Virus record (IMG/VR): IMGVR_UViG_3300042924_001589
Coordinates: 1-58,266 of that record
DNA length: 58,266 nucleotides
Source: a virus
Lineage: Duplodnaviria > Caudoviricetes
Reading direction: 5' to 3' (one strand)
Shown piece after piece: positions 8,939 to 18,644 of this stretch (the stretch's first letter is position 1; each line of letters begins with the position of its first letter). Position numbers and translations under genes: made by a program. The notes beneath the pieces were generated by a model, which saw only the letters and a program-made list of their open reading frames with translations, was not told the DNA's origin and did no database searches.

Positions 8939-9847
8939 TTACGAAGCGCCGGGCGATCCGAAGATGCCAAGCGGATCAGACACGCCGAACGAATAACGCT
9001 CGCGGGCCTTGTACCGCACATTCCCGGTATCGAAGTCTCCGTCCATGCTCGTCTCAAGAGGCGCGCGGACAAAGTGCTTCATGCCATTGGGAACGTCGGT
9101 CATCAAGAACCAAGCGTTCGTGTCAGTCAGGTAGTGGTTCACAGAGAACCCTTCCGGAATGACACCCATCGACTTCAGGGCGTTGATGTCGTTGTCAGCG
9201 GTCGCCGGACGGAGTTCCGTCGCGAGGATACGCTGAGCTACGAACATCAGGTCAGGCGGAACGATGAGCTTGCGCGGGCGGGCAGCGATCAAAAGACCAC
9301 GCTCGTCCGTCCAGTCAGCGATCTGAATGACTGCCGCTTCCAACGACGTCTCGTTCAGGTCAGTCCCCGTCGCAGGACGGTTGGAGTTGACGCCACCCGA
9401 CACCAAGGGGTGCGAGGTGCTGAACAACGTAACACCGTCGCCCGACTGGTACGTGTTGAAGCCAGCGTTCAGCGGGTAAGCCGCCTTGACTTGCTTCGTG
9501 TACGCCATCGCACGAGCGAGAGCCTTGGTGTAACGCGACGAAAGCGAGTCATAGAGGTTGTCCTCCATGGCTTCTTCCGTGATCGCGAAACCCATAGCAA
9601 TCGTTTCGTGGTTGTAGCGAGCGGTGAACGACTCTTGGGCGTTGTCGTAGGAGATCGCAGAGCCTTCGTTCTTAACCGGCGCAGCGCCGAATCCCGAAAG
9701 CTTCACTTCCTCTTCGAACGAACGCTCGGAGTTTTCCGTCTCATAGATCTCCGCATGCTCGTCTTCGTACTTCTTGTACTCAAGGCCGAACAGGGCGTTA
9801 AGGCCCGGAAGGAGTTCCTTGAGCAACTGTGCGCGTGAAATTGCCAT
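8939..9847 (-). CDS. Major capsid protein (Mu-like gpT family, HK97 fold)
   Basis: MAISRAQLLKELLPGLNALFGLEY, GDGVTLFSTSHP, LIVPP.L and RYKARERYSFG.SD motifs; strong RBS and downstream terminator. Confidence 0.9.
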   Translation of the reverse strand: MAISRAQLLKELLPGLNALFGLEYKKYEDEHAEIYETENSERSFEEEVKLSGFGAAPVKNEGSAISYDNAQESFTARYNHETIAMGFAITEEAMEDNLYDSLSSRYTKALARAMAYTKQVKAAYPLNAGFNTYQSGDGVTLFSTSHPLVSGGVNSNRPATGTDLNETSLEAAVIQIADWTDERGLLIAARPRKLIVPPDLMFVAQRILATELRPATADNDINALKSMGVIPEGFSVNHYLTDTNAWFLMTDVPNGMKHFVRAPLETSMDGDFDTGNVRYKARERYSFGVSDPLGIFGSPGAS

Positions 9848-9862
9848 TGCTAGTTACTCCTA

Positions 9863-10435
9863 TTAAACGCCAGTGAGCGTGGTCAACTGGTGATTGTTGA
9901 ACTTAACAATCACATCAGTGTACGCATCGCCTACTGCGCTATTGGGGCCATCCACAAACGCGACAATACGCAACGGGAGCGTATCGGTCGTGTTGATCGT
10001 GGAACCATCCAGAGCGTTCTTGCTGTTACCGATAGCGGTAGAGCCAGCCGTCTGAACGATAGCCGCATTGTTACCCAGAGCCGTCTGAGCGAGAGTCTCG
10101 TCAGATTGAATCTGGAAGACCGCCCACGGATCATCAACAACGTAGGCGAACGCATCGGAAGCCACAGTGCCGGTCGGCCAGTACTGAGCAAACGTGAGTT
10201 CCTTCGTCGTCGGATTCGTATAACGGCAGCCGACAAAAACGCCGATCGGGGTCAAAGTGGAAGTTCCGGTATCTTTTTCAACAACACCGGTGGACACCAG
10301 CTTTACAACGTCGCCGTAGAAAATGTTAGCAGCATAGCCGCTAGCAATCTTGTAGCTGTTGAAAGCATTGTTGTCCGGACGACCACCAAGAACGCCCACG
10401 GGCCGCATCCCATACGGGGTAGCAGTGCTAGACAT
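9863..10435 (-). CDS. Capsid cement/decoration protein
   Basis: 190 aa with PYG.RP, IFYGD.V, GVF.GC.Y and VVDDP motifs; immediately upstream of the capsid gene. Confidence 0.65.
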   Translation of the reverse strand: MSSTATPYGMRPVGVLGGRPDNNAFNSYKIASGYAANIFYGDVVKLVSTGVVEKDTGTSTLTPIGVFVGCRYTNPTTKELTFAQYWPTGTVASDAFAYVVDDPWAVFQIQSDETLAQTALGNNAAIVQTAGSTAIGNSKNALDGSTINTTDTLPLRIVAFVDGPNSAVGDAYTDVIVKFNNHQLTTLTGV

Positions 10436-10481
10436 ACTTGATACTCCTATTAATTAAAAAGACGGCTGCCAGGAACCATTC

Positions 10482-10940
10482 CTAGTTGCCGCCACCAAAC
10501 GTGACTCTCGTCTTTCGTTCCGGCTTGAGCATCGGCATGCGCGGGTCGTTTTCACGCAGGTAGTTGTTGTCGATAGAGTTCACTTGCTGCTCGGCCTTCT
10601 GTGCATAGAAGTCCTGGCGAGCTTGTGATTTTTCCACCGGCATCTTGCATAGCAAGAGACCACCTACTTCAATTGCTCCACGCTTAGCCCACTCCGAATT
10701 GTGATCAGACATGATCTGCAGTTCGGGATGATCTTCAGCTCGTACAGGCTCCCAGCCCTCACGAAGGCGCATGGAAGTGTTTTTGTTATCTAGGTTACCT
10801 AGAGATGCAGTACGTACCCACCGAAATACCCAACCGTCTTGCGGGATGGGATCTGGCAGAACCGAAGGGGGTTTCCAACTCTCAGGCCGAGTTTCGTTAG
10901 CACGAGTTTCAATTTCGCGAGGTTTGCGCACATTAGCCAT
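10482..10940 (-). CDS. Conserved head-module protein
   Basis: W.PPS.LP.P...G..FRW.R...REGWEPV...GGLLLC motif. Confidence 0.7.
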   Translation of the reverse strand: MANVRKPREIETRANETRPESWKPPSVLPDPIPQDGWVFRWVRTASLGNLDNKNTSMRLREGWEPVRAEDHPELQIMSDHNSEWAKRGAIEVGGLLLCKMPVEKSQARQDFYAQKAEQQVNSIDNNYLRENDPRMPMLKPERKTRVTFGGGN

Positions 10941-12003
10941 TTTTCATCTCCTTCATAACTTGCATGGCGTACTGTTGAGGAGTCAATCCAAGTCGCTTGG
11001 CGAGGGCAACTTGCGTGGCCGTCAACTGCACTTTGCGTGGGGCTGATCCGGTATTACGAGTAGCCGGGGCCACAACGGGCATCCGTTTGGATGCTTTTTT
11101 CGGGGTCGCAGTGCGAGCTTCGACTTCTTCTGCCTCATCAGCATCAAAGTCTGACTCATCATCCTCCGAAAAACGGTCAGGGAATACCTGACGCATTCTT
11201 TTATTGATGGCGTTGTAGTACTCATCCGTAGATGCGAAGTCGACACCATTCTCCGAGATGAGCTTCTTGTGTACGCCATAAGCCAAACTGGTCATCTCAG
11301 GGTCTTGGCCAAACCACTGATTCTCTGACTGCCAACGGGCAGCTCGCGGATCAGGTCTTGGCACTGATTGGGCTGCTTGCTGAAGGACATTCGGCGGAGC
11401 TTGCTCTGCCTTGGTCTCTCGCAGCTTTGCAGCAATTTGACTAGCGTAAGTCGGAGCGGCTGCCTCAGTCAGCTGTGCGCGAGTTAAACTCTGTTGAGCC
11501 TTGACAATCGCATCAGCATCACCGGCTTCATGTGCGCGGCGCAGATCAGATTCAGCTAATGAAGCGGCAGCTTTAGCTCGCTCCACAATCTGCTGCTGAA
11601 TAGCCTTCTGGCTGTCCGTGACAAGAGCAGAGAGACGCTTGTTCTCTTCCTGCACTCGCTGGGCATACGTAATGGCTTCATCGCGCAATCTGGCAGCATC
11701 TTCTCGCTGCCGCCGTTCCTCGTGGTAGTCATACTTGAGCTTATCGATGCGCTTCTTAACTCGCGCACTATAGCTCTCTACTTCGTCATTACCCTCATCG
11801 CTTTCCTTTACGGCCTCTGCCTTCTTCGGCTTGCGATCCTCTGGCTTGCGAGGATCAATGACTTCGACCTTGATTTCGTCGTCTTGATCGGAGTCGCCTG
11901 CTCGGGGAAGGATTTGGGTTTTGATTCCGAAGAATTTGCTTTCTTCGGACTGAGGGGCAGAATCTTCTGCCACTGATTCAACTTCATTGTTCTCGGTACT
12001 CAT
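10933..12003 (-). CDS. Putative capsid scaffolding protein
   Basis: Acidic N-terminus, coiled coil, W...N.WFG and C-terminal LT..QVALAKRLG; lies between portal and capsid. Confidence 0.7.
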   Translation of the reverse strand: MSTENNEVESVAEDSAPQSEESKFFGIKTQILPRAGDSDQDDEIKVEVIDPRKPEDRKPKKAEAVKESDEGNDEVESYSARVKKRIDKLKYDYHEERRQREDAARLRDEAITYAQRVQEENKRLSALVTDSQKAIQQQIVERAKAAASLAESDLRRAHEAGDADAIVKAQQSLTRAQLTEAAAPTYASQIAAKLRETKAEQAPPNVLQQAAQSVPRPDPRAARWQSENQWFGQDPEMTSLAYGVHKKLISENGVDFASTDEYYNAINKRMRQVFPDRFSEDDESDFDADEAEEVEARTATPKKASKRMPVVAPATRNTGSAPRKVQLTATQVALAKRLGLTPQQYAMQVMKEMKNG

Positions 12004-12395
12004 ACTCGCTCGACTCCACGCGGGTCATCAACCACGGCCTCAACCGAGTCGTCATTGATGATGCGGAACTCTTTGCCATGAATTTTGACGCGAGTGCCGC
12101 TGTATGCCCGAAACACCACCCAGTCACCTTCTTTACAGTAGGCGCCAGTGGGGAATCGCTTTTCATCCTTGTAAGCATCCGGCCCGAGCTTCAAAACAAA
12201 ACCCACCACGGTGGCCACTGTTTCGTTGCGAACGGTCTCAGTCGCCTTGAGGATGCCACCTTCCGTCTTTTCTTCGACTTCCGGTAGAGCAATCAAGAGC
12301 TTAAATCCCTTCGGGTCGGGCAATTGCGTTGCCTTCTTCTCAGGGGGCGATTTCGCTTCTTTTGGAAGCGGATTAACGAGAGCAATACTTGTCAT
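12000..12395 (-). CDS. groES: Phage co-chaperonin GroES-like protein
   Basis: P.G..LLI...EEKTEGGI...G.V..LGPDAY...GDWV.F..YSG......G.E.RIINDD.V.AVV matches Cpn10. Confidence 0.85.
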   Translation of the reverse strand: MTSIALVNPLPKEAKSPPEKKATQLPDPKGFKLLIALPEVEEKTEGGILKATETVRNETVATVVGFVLKLGPDAYKDEKRFPTGAYCKEGDWVVFRAYSGTRVKIHGKEFRIINDDSVEAVVDDPRGVERV

Positions 12396-12438
12396 TACTA
12401 CCTCTTTGCGTGGAACATTCCACGTTTGCGCTAAATCA

Positions 12439-12630
12439 TTAGCTATTTTCGAGACGATCCTTAATGTCTAGGATTTCTCGTTCTGCAAGGGCTAAGCCCT
12501 CGATTACTCCGCACAGTCTTTTGTACTCTGCGAAGTCTTGGCATGAACCCGTAGCGACATTGTCTGCATACTCGTTCATGTATTTCCGGAGTTCTGATCT
12601 CAAAAACTCCAACACTTGTTCAGCTTGCAA
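12439..12630 (-). CDS. Small conserved protein between portal and GroES
   Basis: 63 aa with the DFAEYK.LCG.I.GL motif. Confidence 0.65.
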   Translation of the reverse strand: MQAEQVLEFLRSELRKYMNEYADNVATGSCQDFAEYKRLCGVIEGLALAEREILDIKDRLENS

Positions 12631-12636
12631 GAGAAA

Positions 12637-15114
12637 TTACTCTCCAGTTATGCGACGGCCTAATTCTAGGCCCACATCCACACCTTTTTGCATCTCGTCG
12701 GAATCGATCTGCTTGCGATCGGTTTCTGCGCTGATGACGGTGTCGATCATACGCTGTTGTACTGCTGCTTGTGCAACTCTCTCTTGTGAACGGATGCGTT
12801 CGACTTCGATAGCGTTGCGAGCAGCAGAGTTTTGAGCGGCTTGGTTGAGCTTGGCAGCAGCTTCCTGAGCTTTTCTTTGCACATCCGCTGCCCGAATCTG
12901 CAGTTCCTTTTCCTTCTGCATGACAATCGGGTCTTGCAGTAGGTCTTGGTTTTTCTGCATCTCGGCAATTTTGGCCTGAGCAATCGACATCTGGCTTGCA
13001 GCTGCTGCAATGAGCGGGCTGAGTCGCTTCTCGACATCGGCTGGCAGCACTTCGCCTTCGGTCGGCAGCGGGATACCCATCTGCTTTTCGACATCTTGGC
13101 GATACTGGAAGGCCAAGTGTTCGCGCACATGCGCATCGAGAGCGGCAGCCATGACCGGGAACGCCGGTGTGTTCTGCAGCATCTGGAATGCTTGGCTTTG
13201 CGAGAGAGACATGTGAACGGCAATGTGAGCCGCGTGATCTTGGTACGCAAAAGCCTTGATTGGCTTCTGATTGATCACGTTGGAGTTCTCTTGCACCGGG
13301 TCTACCGGAATTTCCGACTCATCCGGCTTAATGATCTCATCGACATTTTTGATGCCCATGCTTTCGAGCATCTGGCGGTGCAGCACCTTCATGTCATACA
13401 GCTGCGGCGCGGTCGAGGAGAGCTGCAATGCTGCCTGACTCTGCATAATCCGCTGAGCCATGCTGTTGGCATTGGGGTCACTGACCGGAATGACATCAAT
13501 ACGATCGTCGAAATCTTCGGACTTAACTTCGACGCCACCCTCTACTTCGTAGGGATATTCGGGTTCGTCGTAGTCTTTGATGATTCCTGAGAGGAGCTTT
13601 AACTCCTGTCGGAACGAAGCATGCAATCGCGCCTGAATTGCACTCATGACCTTCATGGTGCGTTCAAGGATGGCGAGCGTGGTGCCGACCGGAGCCTCGG
13701 CATTCATGTCCGCCACCTTCATATCGGCAAGGGAAGCAAAGCGCCTACCCTCATCGATAATGTTATTCAGAAGGCTATAGAGAACCGCCGATGGTTCCTT
13801 GTACGGAAGGAACGTGATGTTGTCGCGGATACTGCCACCCGGGACATCGACATCACGGAACTCACCCGGTGCGATAGGCGTGTCATCGCCTTTGATGCGA
13901 AGACCACGCGCCTTTAGGCCGCCCGGAAGGTTGGACAAAGTGCCTGCATCCACCAACTGCCGCAGGATGCTGGTCGCACTCTTTGCCAACCCACCAATCA
14001 GGTGGATGAGGCCGAAGGCATAGAAGCCCACCCCCGGCAGATAGCGGTAATGCACAAAATGATCGCGCTTCTTCTTTAGTGGATCGGACTCGTCCCAGTT
14101 GCGACGAATCGCCAAGATCTTTCGGGAACTCTTGTCGATAGTCACGACGTAAGGCAGTGCAATCCCCGTCTGTGACCCATCCTCGCCTTGATCTTCAAAC
14201 CCTGCAAGATCAAGATCAACCAGCATTTCAATAATCTGATACCGGCTATCGCCCTCTCCACCCGGTGACACACCGGACAGTTCGTCCTCTTTGGTGCGAA
14301 TGTCGCTGGAGATGTTGACCGGATCAGCTAAATCGATGTCGCGGTAGAACCCGCCGACTTGCAGCTTGCGAACATCATTGCGCGTCTTGCGCATGACATG
14401 CGATACACGCTCGGCAGTCTCTAAATCGCTAGCGCCGTAAGAGACCACAAGGTCTTCAGCCGGCACAAACATCGACACCGGACGATTTAGATGCGGGTCG
14501 AAGTAGACCTTGCGGAAAGCACTGCCTGCCAAAGCCAGCGAGAACAGCATTTTCTCCGTCTCGGAGCGATATTCCACCATCCGCTCGGTGAGCAGATAGT
14601 TCATGTAATCCTGAACTCTGACCGCCTGTCGGTCTTTCTCTTCGGTATGCTTACCAATGACCACACCGCGGACAGGGCCTTGAGCCGGGAAGATTTCGGT
14701 AATCGCCTGCGCTTGAAATCTTACGACTGCCTCGGTAAGAAGCGGGTGGAACACACCGCAAGCACCCGGCCATGGCTCAGTGCGTTCTTCGATCTTAAGG
14801 CCAAGTAGGTTTAGACCATTAACATAGGTCTTTTCCCAGTCTGAACGGGAGTCCTTATCGGATTCAAACAAGCCAACCAGTTCGTTAGAGAGCGAAGAGA
14901 GATCCCCATCACTCATGAAGTCGGCAATGTTGGCATCATGATCGGTGGCAATAGCGGCTTCAGCGCCATCGAGATCAATCTCAATGCTGCCATCTTCATT
15001 GATCGTCATGGCCGGGGCAGCATCGCCCATCGCAATGACATCGATCTCAAGTTCTGCGACTTGAGCATCAGGATCATCTGCAATTAGCGGAACCAATGCC
15101 TTGTCGATGGCCAT
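12637..15114 (-). CDS. Portal protein (P22-like, long C-terminal coiled coil)
   Basis: 825 aa with SR.DWE, HP.L.EAVVRFQA, GSAF.KVY.D and GFY.FGL.HL motifs; follows the terminase. Confidence 0.88.
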   Translation of the reverse strand: MAIDKALVPLIADDPDAQVAELEIDVIAMGDAAPAMTINEDGSIEIDLDGAEAAIATDHDANIADFMSDGDLSSLSNELVGLFESDKDSRSDWEKTYVNGLNLLGLKIEERTEPWPGACGVFHPLLTEAVVRFQAQAITEIFPAQGPVRGVVIGKHTEEKDRQAVRVQDYMNYLLTERMVEYRSETEKMLFSLALAGSAFRKVYFDPHLNRPVSMFVPAEDLVVSYGASDLETAERVSHVMRKTRNDVRKLQVGGFYRDIDLADPVNISSDIRTKEDELSGVSPGGEGDSRYQIIEMLVDLDLAGFEDQGEDGSQTGIALPYVVTIDKSSRKILAIRRNWDESDPLKKKRDHFVHYRYLPGVGFYAFGLIHLIGGLAKSATSILRQLVDAGTLSNLPGGLKARGLRIKGDDTPIAPGEFRDVDVPGGSIRDNITFLPYKEPSAVLYSLLNNIIDEGRRFASLADMKVADMNAEAPVGTTLAILERTMKVMSAIQARLHASFRQELKLLSGIIKDYDEPEYPYEVEGGVEVKSEDFDDRIDVIPVSDPNANSMAQRIMQSQAALQLSSTAPQLYDMKVLHRQMLESMGIKNVDEIIKPDESEIPVDPVQENSNVINQKPIKAFAYQDHAAHIAVHMSLSQSQAFQMLQNTPAFPVMAAALDAHVREHLAFQYRQDVEKQMGIPLPTEGEVLPADVEKRLSPLIAAAASQMSIAQAKIAEMQKNQDLLQDPIVMQKEKELQIRAADVQRKAQEAAAKLNQAAQNSAARNAIEVERIRSQERVAQAAVQQRMIDTVISAETDRKQIDSDEMQKGVDVGLELGRRITGE

Positions 15115-15121
15115 GAATTAC

Positions 15122-15559
15122 CTATTTGACGGGGCCGCCGACAATCCATGCATCGCATGTCCTGTCACCAGCACACTTAAAATGAAAGAACTCACAATAC
15201 CCTAAATTAGATGCTTCGATAACATCTTTGGCATTGCTTTCATGCGGCTCATCACCACCCTCTATCCCCTTGGTGATGCACTCCATCATCTGTGGAGTCT
15301 GGATAAAGGCGGCACAGTTACCGCATCGGGACTTCTTGGCTTCTACTGCGGGAACCATCCACATATCTGACTTCGCTTGCCAGAACTTGCGGCTTGGTTC
15401 GTTAGGATTTAGTGGGCCATAACCATATTCCTTGATCGCATGGTTACGGTTTTTCAGATTTACATGGACATCTTGCGTGGCAACCGGGCAAGCCTTGAGT
15501 CCTTTCTTGTAGGACTTGCGAATTTCGCTGGCCACTGCCTCGCGTTTAGCCGATGCCAT
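15122..15559 (-). CDS. Cys-rich conserved phage protein (possible Fe-S/Zn binding)
   Basis: CGNCAAF...GYC..F.FKC...RTCDAW. Confidence 0.7.
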   Translation of the reverse strand: MASAKREAVASEIRKSYKKGLKACPVATQDVHVNLKNRNHAIKEYGYGPLNPNEPSRKFWQAKSDMWMVPAVEAKKSRCGNCAAFIQTPQMMECITKGIEGGDEPHESNAKDVIEASNLGYCEFFHFKCAGDRTCDAWIVGGPVK

Positions 15560-16326
15560 TAGATCATCTTCCTGTCTATGTAAACCTTCTCTACATTGCC
15601 GCCAATAGCCTTTCTTTTAGGGGCCATAGCAGTGCTTATGAAATCTACTAACGCTCTATTTCTTGGGTGGCTCACTGCCTTTTCAAATTCGCTCAAAGAG
15701 TCAACATACTGTTGGCTGCTTTCGTAACCGCTGTTTCCAGTTCCAACCCAAGCAGATCCGAGGGGTATGCCAAGTCTCTTGGCCACCTTGTCTTTATTCG
15801 CCAGCCTTACTGCAAATGCAGCTGCTTGTCCGGTAATCCCTTGCTTCAGAAGCTTTTCGTAAAGCTCCCTGTCACCTTTCATGGCAGGATCATAGTTTAC
15901 ATCGTTCTGAAGTGCGTACTTGACACCCTGTGGATCACCCTCAAGGGCAGACTTTGGCACAACAGGATCTACGCCAAAAACACCAGACATTCCCTGGCCT
16001 TCCTTCAAGGCTAAAGCAGCAAGCTGCTCAGGAGATAACTGTGGAACTCCATACGGCTCCCCCAGTTTCATCGCTCTTACTTTTGCGTAAAGTTCCGGGG
16101 CATTTAGCTTTGTTGGCAGAGTTTCTATTCCACTTTTCCCACCATATTTTCCCGTGGGATCTGCCCTATAGCCACTAACATTGTCAGGGAAGGCGTCTAG
16201 ATTTACATCTAACCCTTTTAGCCAGTGACCCAGATTAGTCTGCCTCTCCCATTCTTTAAGACGATTCTTTTCAGCAATCTCTTTTCTAATGGTTTCGCGG
16301 CTCTTTGGAGGGTTTTTTACTGGCAT
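15559..16326 (-). CDS. Hypothetical protein, possibly a degenerate lysozyme/transglycosylase fold
   Basis: 255-aa ORF, visibly more AT-rich than its neighbours; C-terminal KAIGGNV motif. Confidence 0.55.
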   Translation of the reverse strand: MPVKNPPKSRETIRKEIAEKNRLKEWERQTNLGHWLKGLDVNLDAFPDNVSGYRADPTGKYGGKSGIETLPTKLNAPELYAKVRAMKLGEPYGVPQLSPEQLAALALKEGQGMSGVFGVDPVVPKSALEGDPQGVKYALQNDVNYDPAMKGDRELYEKLLKQGITGQAAAFAVRLANKDKVAKRLGIPLGSAWVGTGNSGYESSQQYVDSLSEFEKAVSHPRNRALVDFISTAMAPKRKAIGGNVEKVYIDRKMI

Positions 16327-16338
16327 TGTTGCAACCCT

Positions 16339-17823
16339 TCAGTAGTAGTTGATGCGACGGCGGCGAATCTTTTCCATCGGCTCATCGCTATCAATGGATA
16401 TGAACCCGCCCTGCCTAAATCTCAGCAAGGCTTGGGTGCTGGAGTCCACCAAGTCATCATGCTCGGCATTGGGGAAAGACGCGAATTCCTCCACGACTTC
16501 CTCTGCCCAGCGAGTCTCTGGTGTCCACACGACCCCGCTAGAGAACAAATCGCTGACCGCGTTGACTCTGGCCACCTTGTCATTACCGCGACTTGGGGTG
16601 AACTCCGATACCGGAATACCCATGGCTCTTAGCTCGTAGATCAGCGGTGCGCCAGCGGCCTTGGCTTCGACAATGAAGGCATCTGGGTTGTACTGCATGT
16701 ACATCTCATATGCCTTCTTCTTTAGTTCCGGAAATTCCATGCGTTCTTTCACAGCGTCCAGAAGGATGATGTTGTTCTGTGTTACGCCGGTTTCCGGATT
16801 TGGATACTTAAACACGCCCCACGTAGTGCAGGCGGAGAAGTCCGAGGTTTGCTTCTTGGTGAAAGCGGTGTCCCAGGACTGAATCAAAAACTCACAAGGC
16901 GGTGGGTCTTCTCGCTCCCATACCCGCCACCATTCTCGCTTAACAATCGCCCCTTCTTCAGAGGTCGGATTCTGCTGGTACTGAGCCGACCACTTACCTG
17001 TCGGCAGTTCCGATCGAATGGCCTCTAACTCACCTAGCGACCAGAACTCTGGCCACAACGCATTGCCCGAGGGCAAGATCGCGGGAAGCTCAATCACTTC
17101 CCATTCATCGGTGCCGCCTCGCTCAATGGAGGCTTTTAGCACCCTACCTGTCAGATCCCGCTGATGCCAGCGGGTCATCACGATAATGATGGCACCACCT
17201 GGCTGCAAACGCTGCCGAGGGCCGGAGGTGTACCACTCATAGGTCTTGTTGTAGACCGCAGGATCGCCTAAGGCAGCCTCCTGCTCACTATGAGGGTCAT
17301 CGATGATGAGAAGATCTGCACCCTTACCGGTGACAGCACCCCCAATACCGATGGCGAAATACTCACCACCTTTGTTGGTACTCCATCGGCCTGCGGCCTT
17401 GGAGTCTGCCTGCAAATCCACATCGGGAAAGATCTTGTGGTAGTCATCAGATGCAACAAGGTTACGAACCTTTCTACCGAATCCCACTGCCAGTTCCGCT
17501 GTGTGCGAACACTGAATGATCTTCTTGTTCGGGTAGTTACCCAAGAACCAAGCCGGCAGCATGTAAGAAGCAAACTCAGACTTGGTGTGACGAGGAGCCA
17601 TGTTGATGATCATGCGTTTGCACTCACCATTAGCCACTCGCTCAAAAGCCTTGGACATCACCTTGTGATGACTGCCCTCGATGAAGGCTGGCCACTGGCT
17701 TTTCACAAACTGGAGGAAGCCCCGCTGAGCTTTCTCGATCTCGCGGGCTTTCTCTAGCTCTTCGACTAGATGCAAGATCTCTGCCTTCTGAGTATCAGGC
17801 AGCAACGAAATCTTGCCAAGCAA
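16339..17823 (-). CDS. terL: Terminase large subunit
   Basis: Walker A-like MAPRHTKS, Walker B LLIIDDP, MTRW coupling motif, nuclease SWDTA and HDDLVDS. The start codon is uncertain (TTG). Confidence 0.93.
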   Translation of the reverse strand: MLGKISLLPDTQKAEILHLVEELEKAREIEKAQRGFLQFVKSQWPAFIEGSHHKVMSKAFERVANGECKRMIINMAPRHTKSEFASYMLPAWFLGNYPNKKIIQCSHTAELAVGFGRKVRNLVASDDYHKIFPDVDLQADSKAAGRWSTNKGGEYFAIGIGGAVTGKGADLLIIDDPHSEQEAALGDPAVYNKTYEWYTSGPRQRLQPGGAIIIVMTRWHQRDLTGRVLKASIERGGTDEWEVIELPAILPSGNALWPEFWSLGELEAIRSELPTGKWSAQYQQNPTSEEGAIVKREWWRVWEREDPPPCEFLIQSWDTAFTKKQTSDFSACTTWGVFKYPNPETGVTQNNIILLDAVKERMEFPELKKKAYEMYMQYNPDAFIVEAKAAGAPLIYELRAMGIPVSEFTPSRGNDKVARVNAVSDLFSSGVVWTPETRWAEEVVEEFASFPNAEHDDLVDSSTQALLRFRQGGFISIDSDEPMEKIRRRRINYY

Positions 17824-17999
17824 ATTAGGGTCGAGGTTGAGAATAAGAACTGCCTAGTAAGCCGCGCGGTACAGCGTATATATATACACCATGCCGAGGG
17901 GCTTCAATAGCCCCGAGGCATAACCCCCTGCAAACAGTACTGACTTAATACAGACTTTACGTTGGAATACCCGGGGGTTCTTAGGGGGGATTTCCCTCG

Positions 18000-18027
18000 A
18001 TTTTAGCATGCTACCCCCCCTTGACAA
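18000..18027 (-). promoter_or_regulatory. Putative sigma70-type promoter for the late operon
   Basis: Minus strand TTGTCA-16 nt-TAAAAT with an extended -10 TG, ~180 bp upstream of terL. Confidence 0.5.
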
Positions 18028-18503
18028 GAAATTCAACAAGAGTTTTTTCACAAGTAATCCTAATTAGATTCATGTAGTTAGGAGATTCAGTAGGCAGTTT
18101 TATACGATTTCACTTTGCGTTCACCTAGTGGATATAGGTATGAACGATGTGTGTACGTTGTACGTACATCACATACAGACGCTACGCGTCTTTCTGCACA
18201 AATACCCCCCGTGGGGTAGGGGTTCCTATGACTTTATTGCAAATAAAAAAGGGGAACTGCCTGTAGGAATAGGGTGTGGTTTTTAAACAACGGGGTGGGG
18301 GTTGGAGTTACAAGCTGTAGTGAGGGGAATAGTGTACGGGTCGCGCGCGGGTACCGTCACGCGCAGCGGGGGGTCGGGGGTATGTCCAGACGCGCGCCAG
18401 CGTCACGCGAAGCGGGTAGGGGTGATTTCTTTGAGAATTCTTTGACGTCTCCAGGGCGAGACTGGCAGTTGCTGTGAAATTTCACAACTGTCCGCAGAGT
18501 GGT

Positions 18504-18518
18504 CATAACATTGTTATG
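18504..18518. repeat. 15-bp dyad CATAACATTGTTATG (copy 1)
   Basis: Read directly; just upstream of the promoter at 18530. Confidence 0.9.
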
Positions 18519-18529
18519 CAAAAAAGTGC

Positions 18530-18557
18530 TTGCATATGTATATACATATGAGAGAAT
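18530..18557 (+). promoter_or_regulatory. Putative early promoter with an 18-bp palindrome in the spacer
   Basis: TTGCAT-16-GAGAAT overlapping the perfect palindrome CATATGTATATACATATG; closely resembles the promoter at 19869. Confidence 0.6.
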
Positions 18558-18644
18558 AGCGAAGCGGTAGGTTCACCCTGTCGCTTGCTCTGTAAAAATC
18601 TGGAATTGGCGCGGATTCACCACACAACCATGGGGAATCCGAAA

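Noticed and set aside
8915-9838. Long antisense ORFs (307 aa opposite the capsid gene; also 12946-13590, 38392-39138 and similar)
   Set aside because: Shadow frames of GC-rich, codon-biased genes, with no RBS or recognisable motifs.
12000-12395. Phage-encoded GroES as a novelty
   Set aside because: Common in head modules of aquatic phages; annotated as a feature only.
18473-18486. TGTGAAATTTCACA as a CRP site
   Set aside because: Half-sites are 4 bp apart rather than the 6 bp CRP needs; single occurrence.
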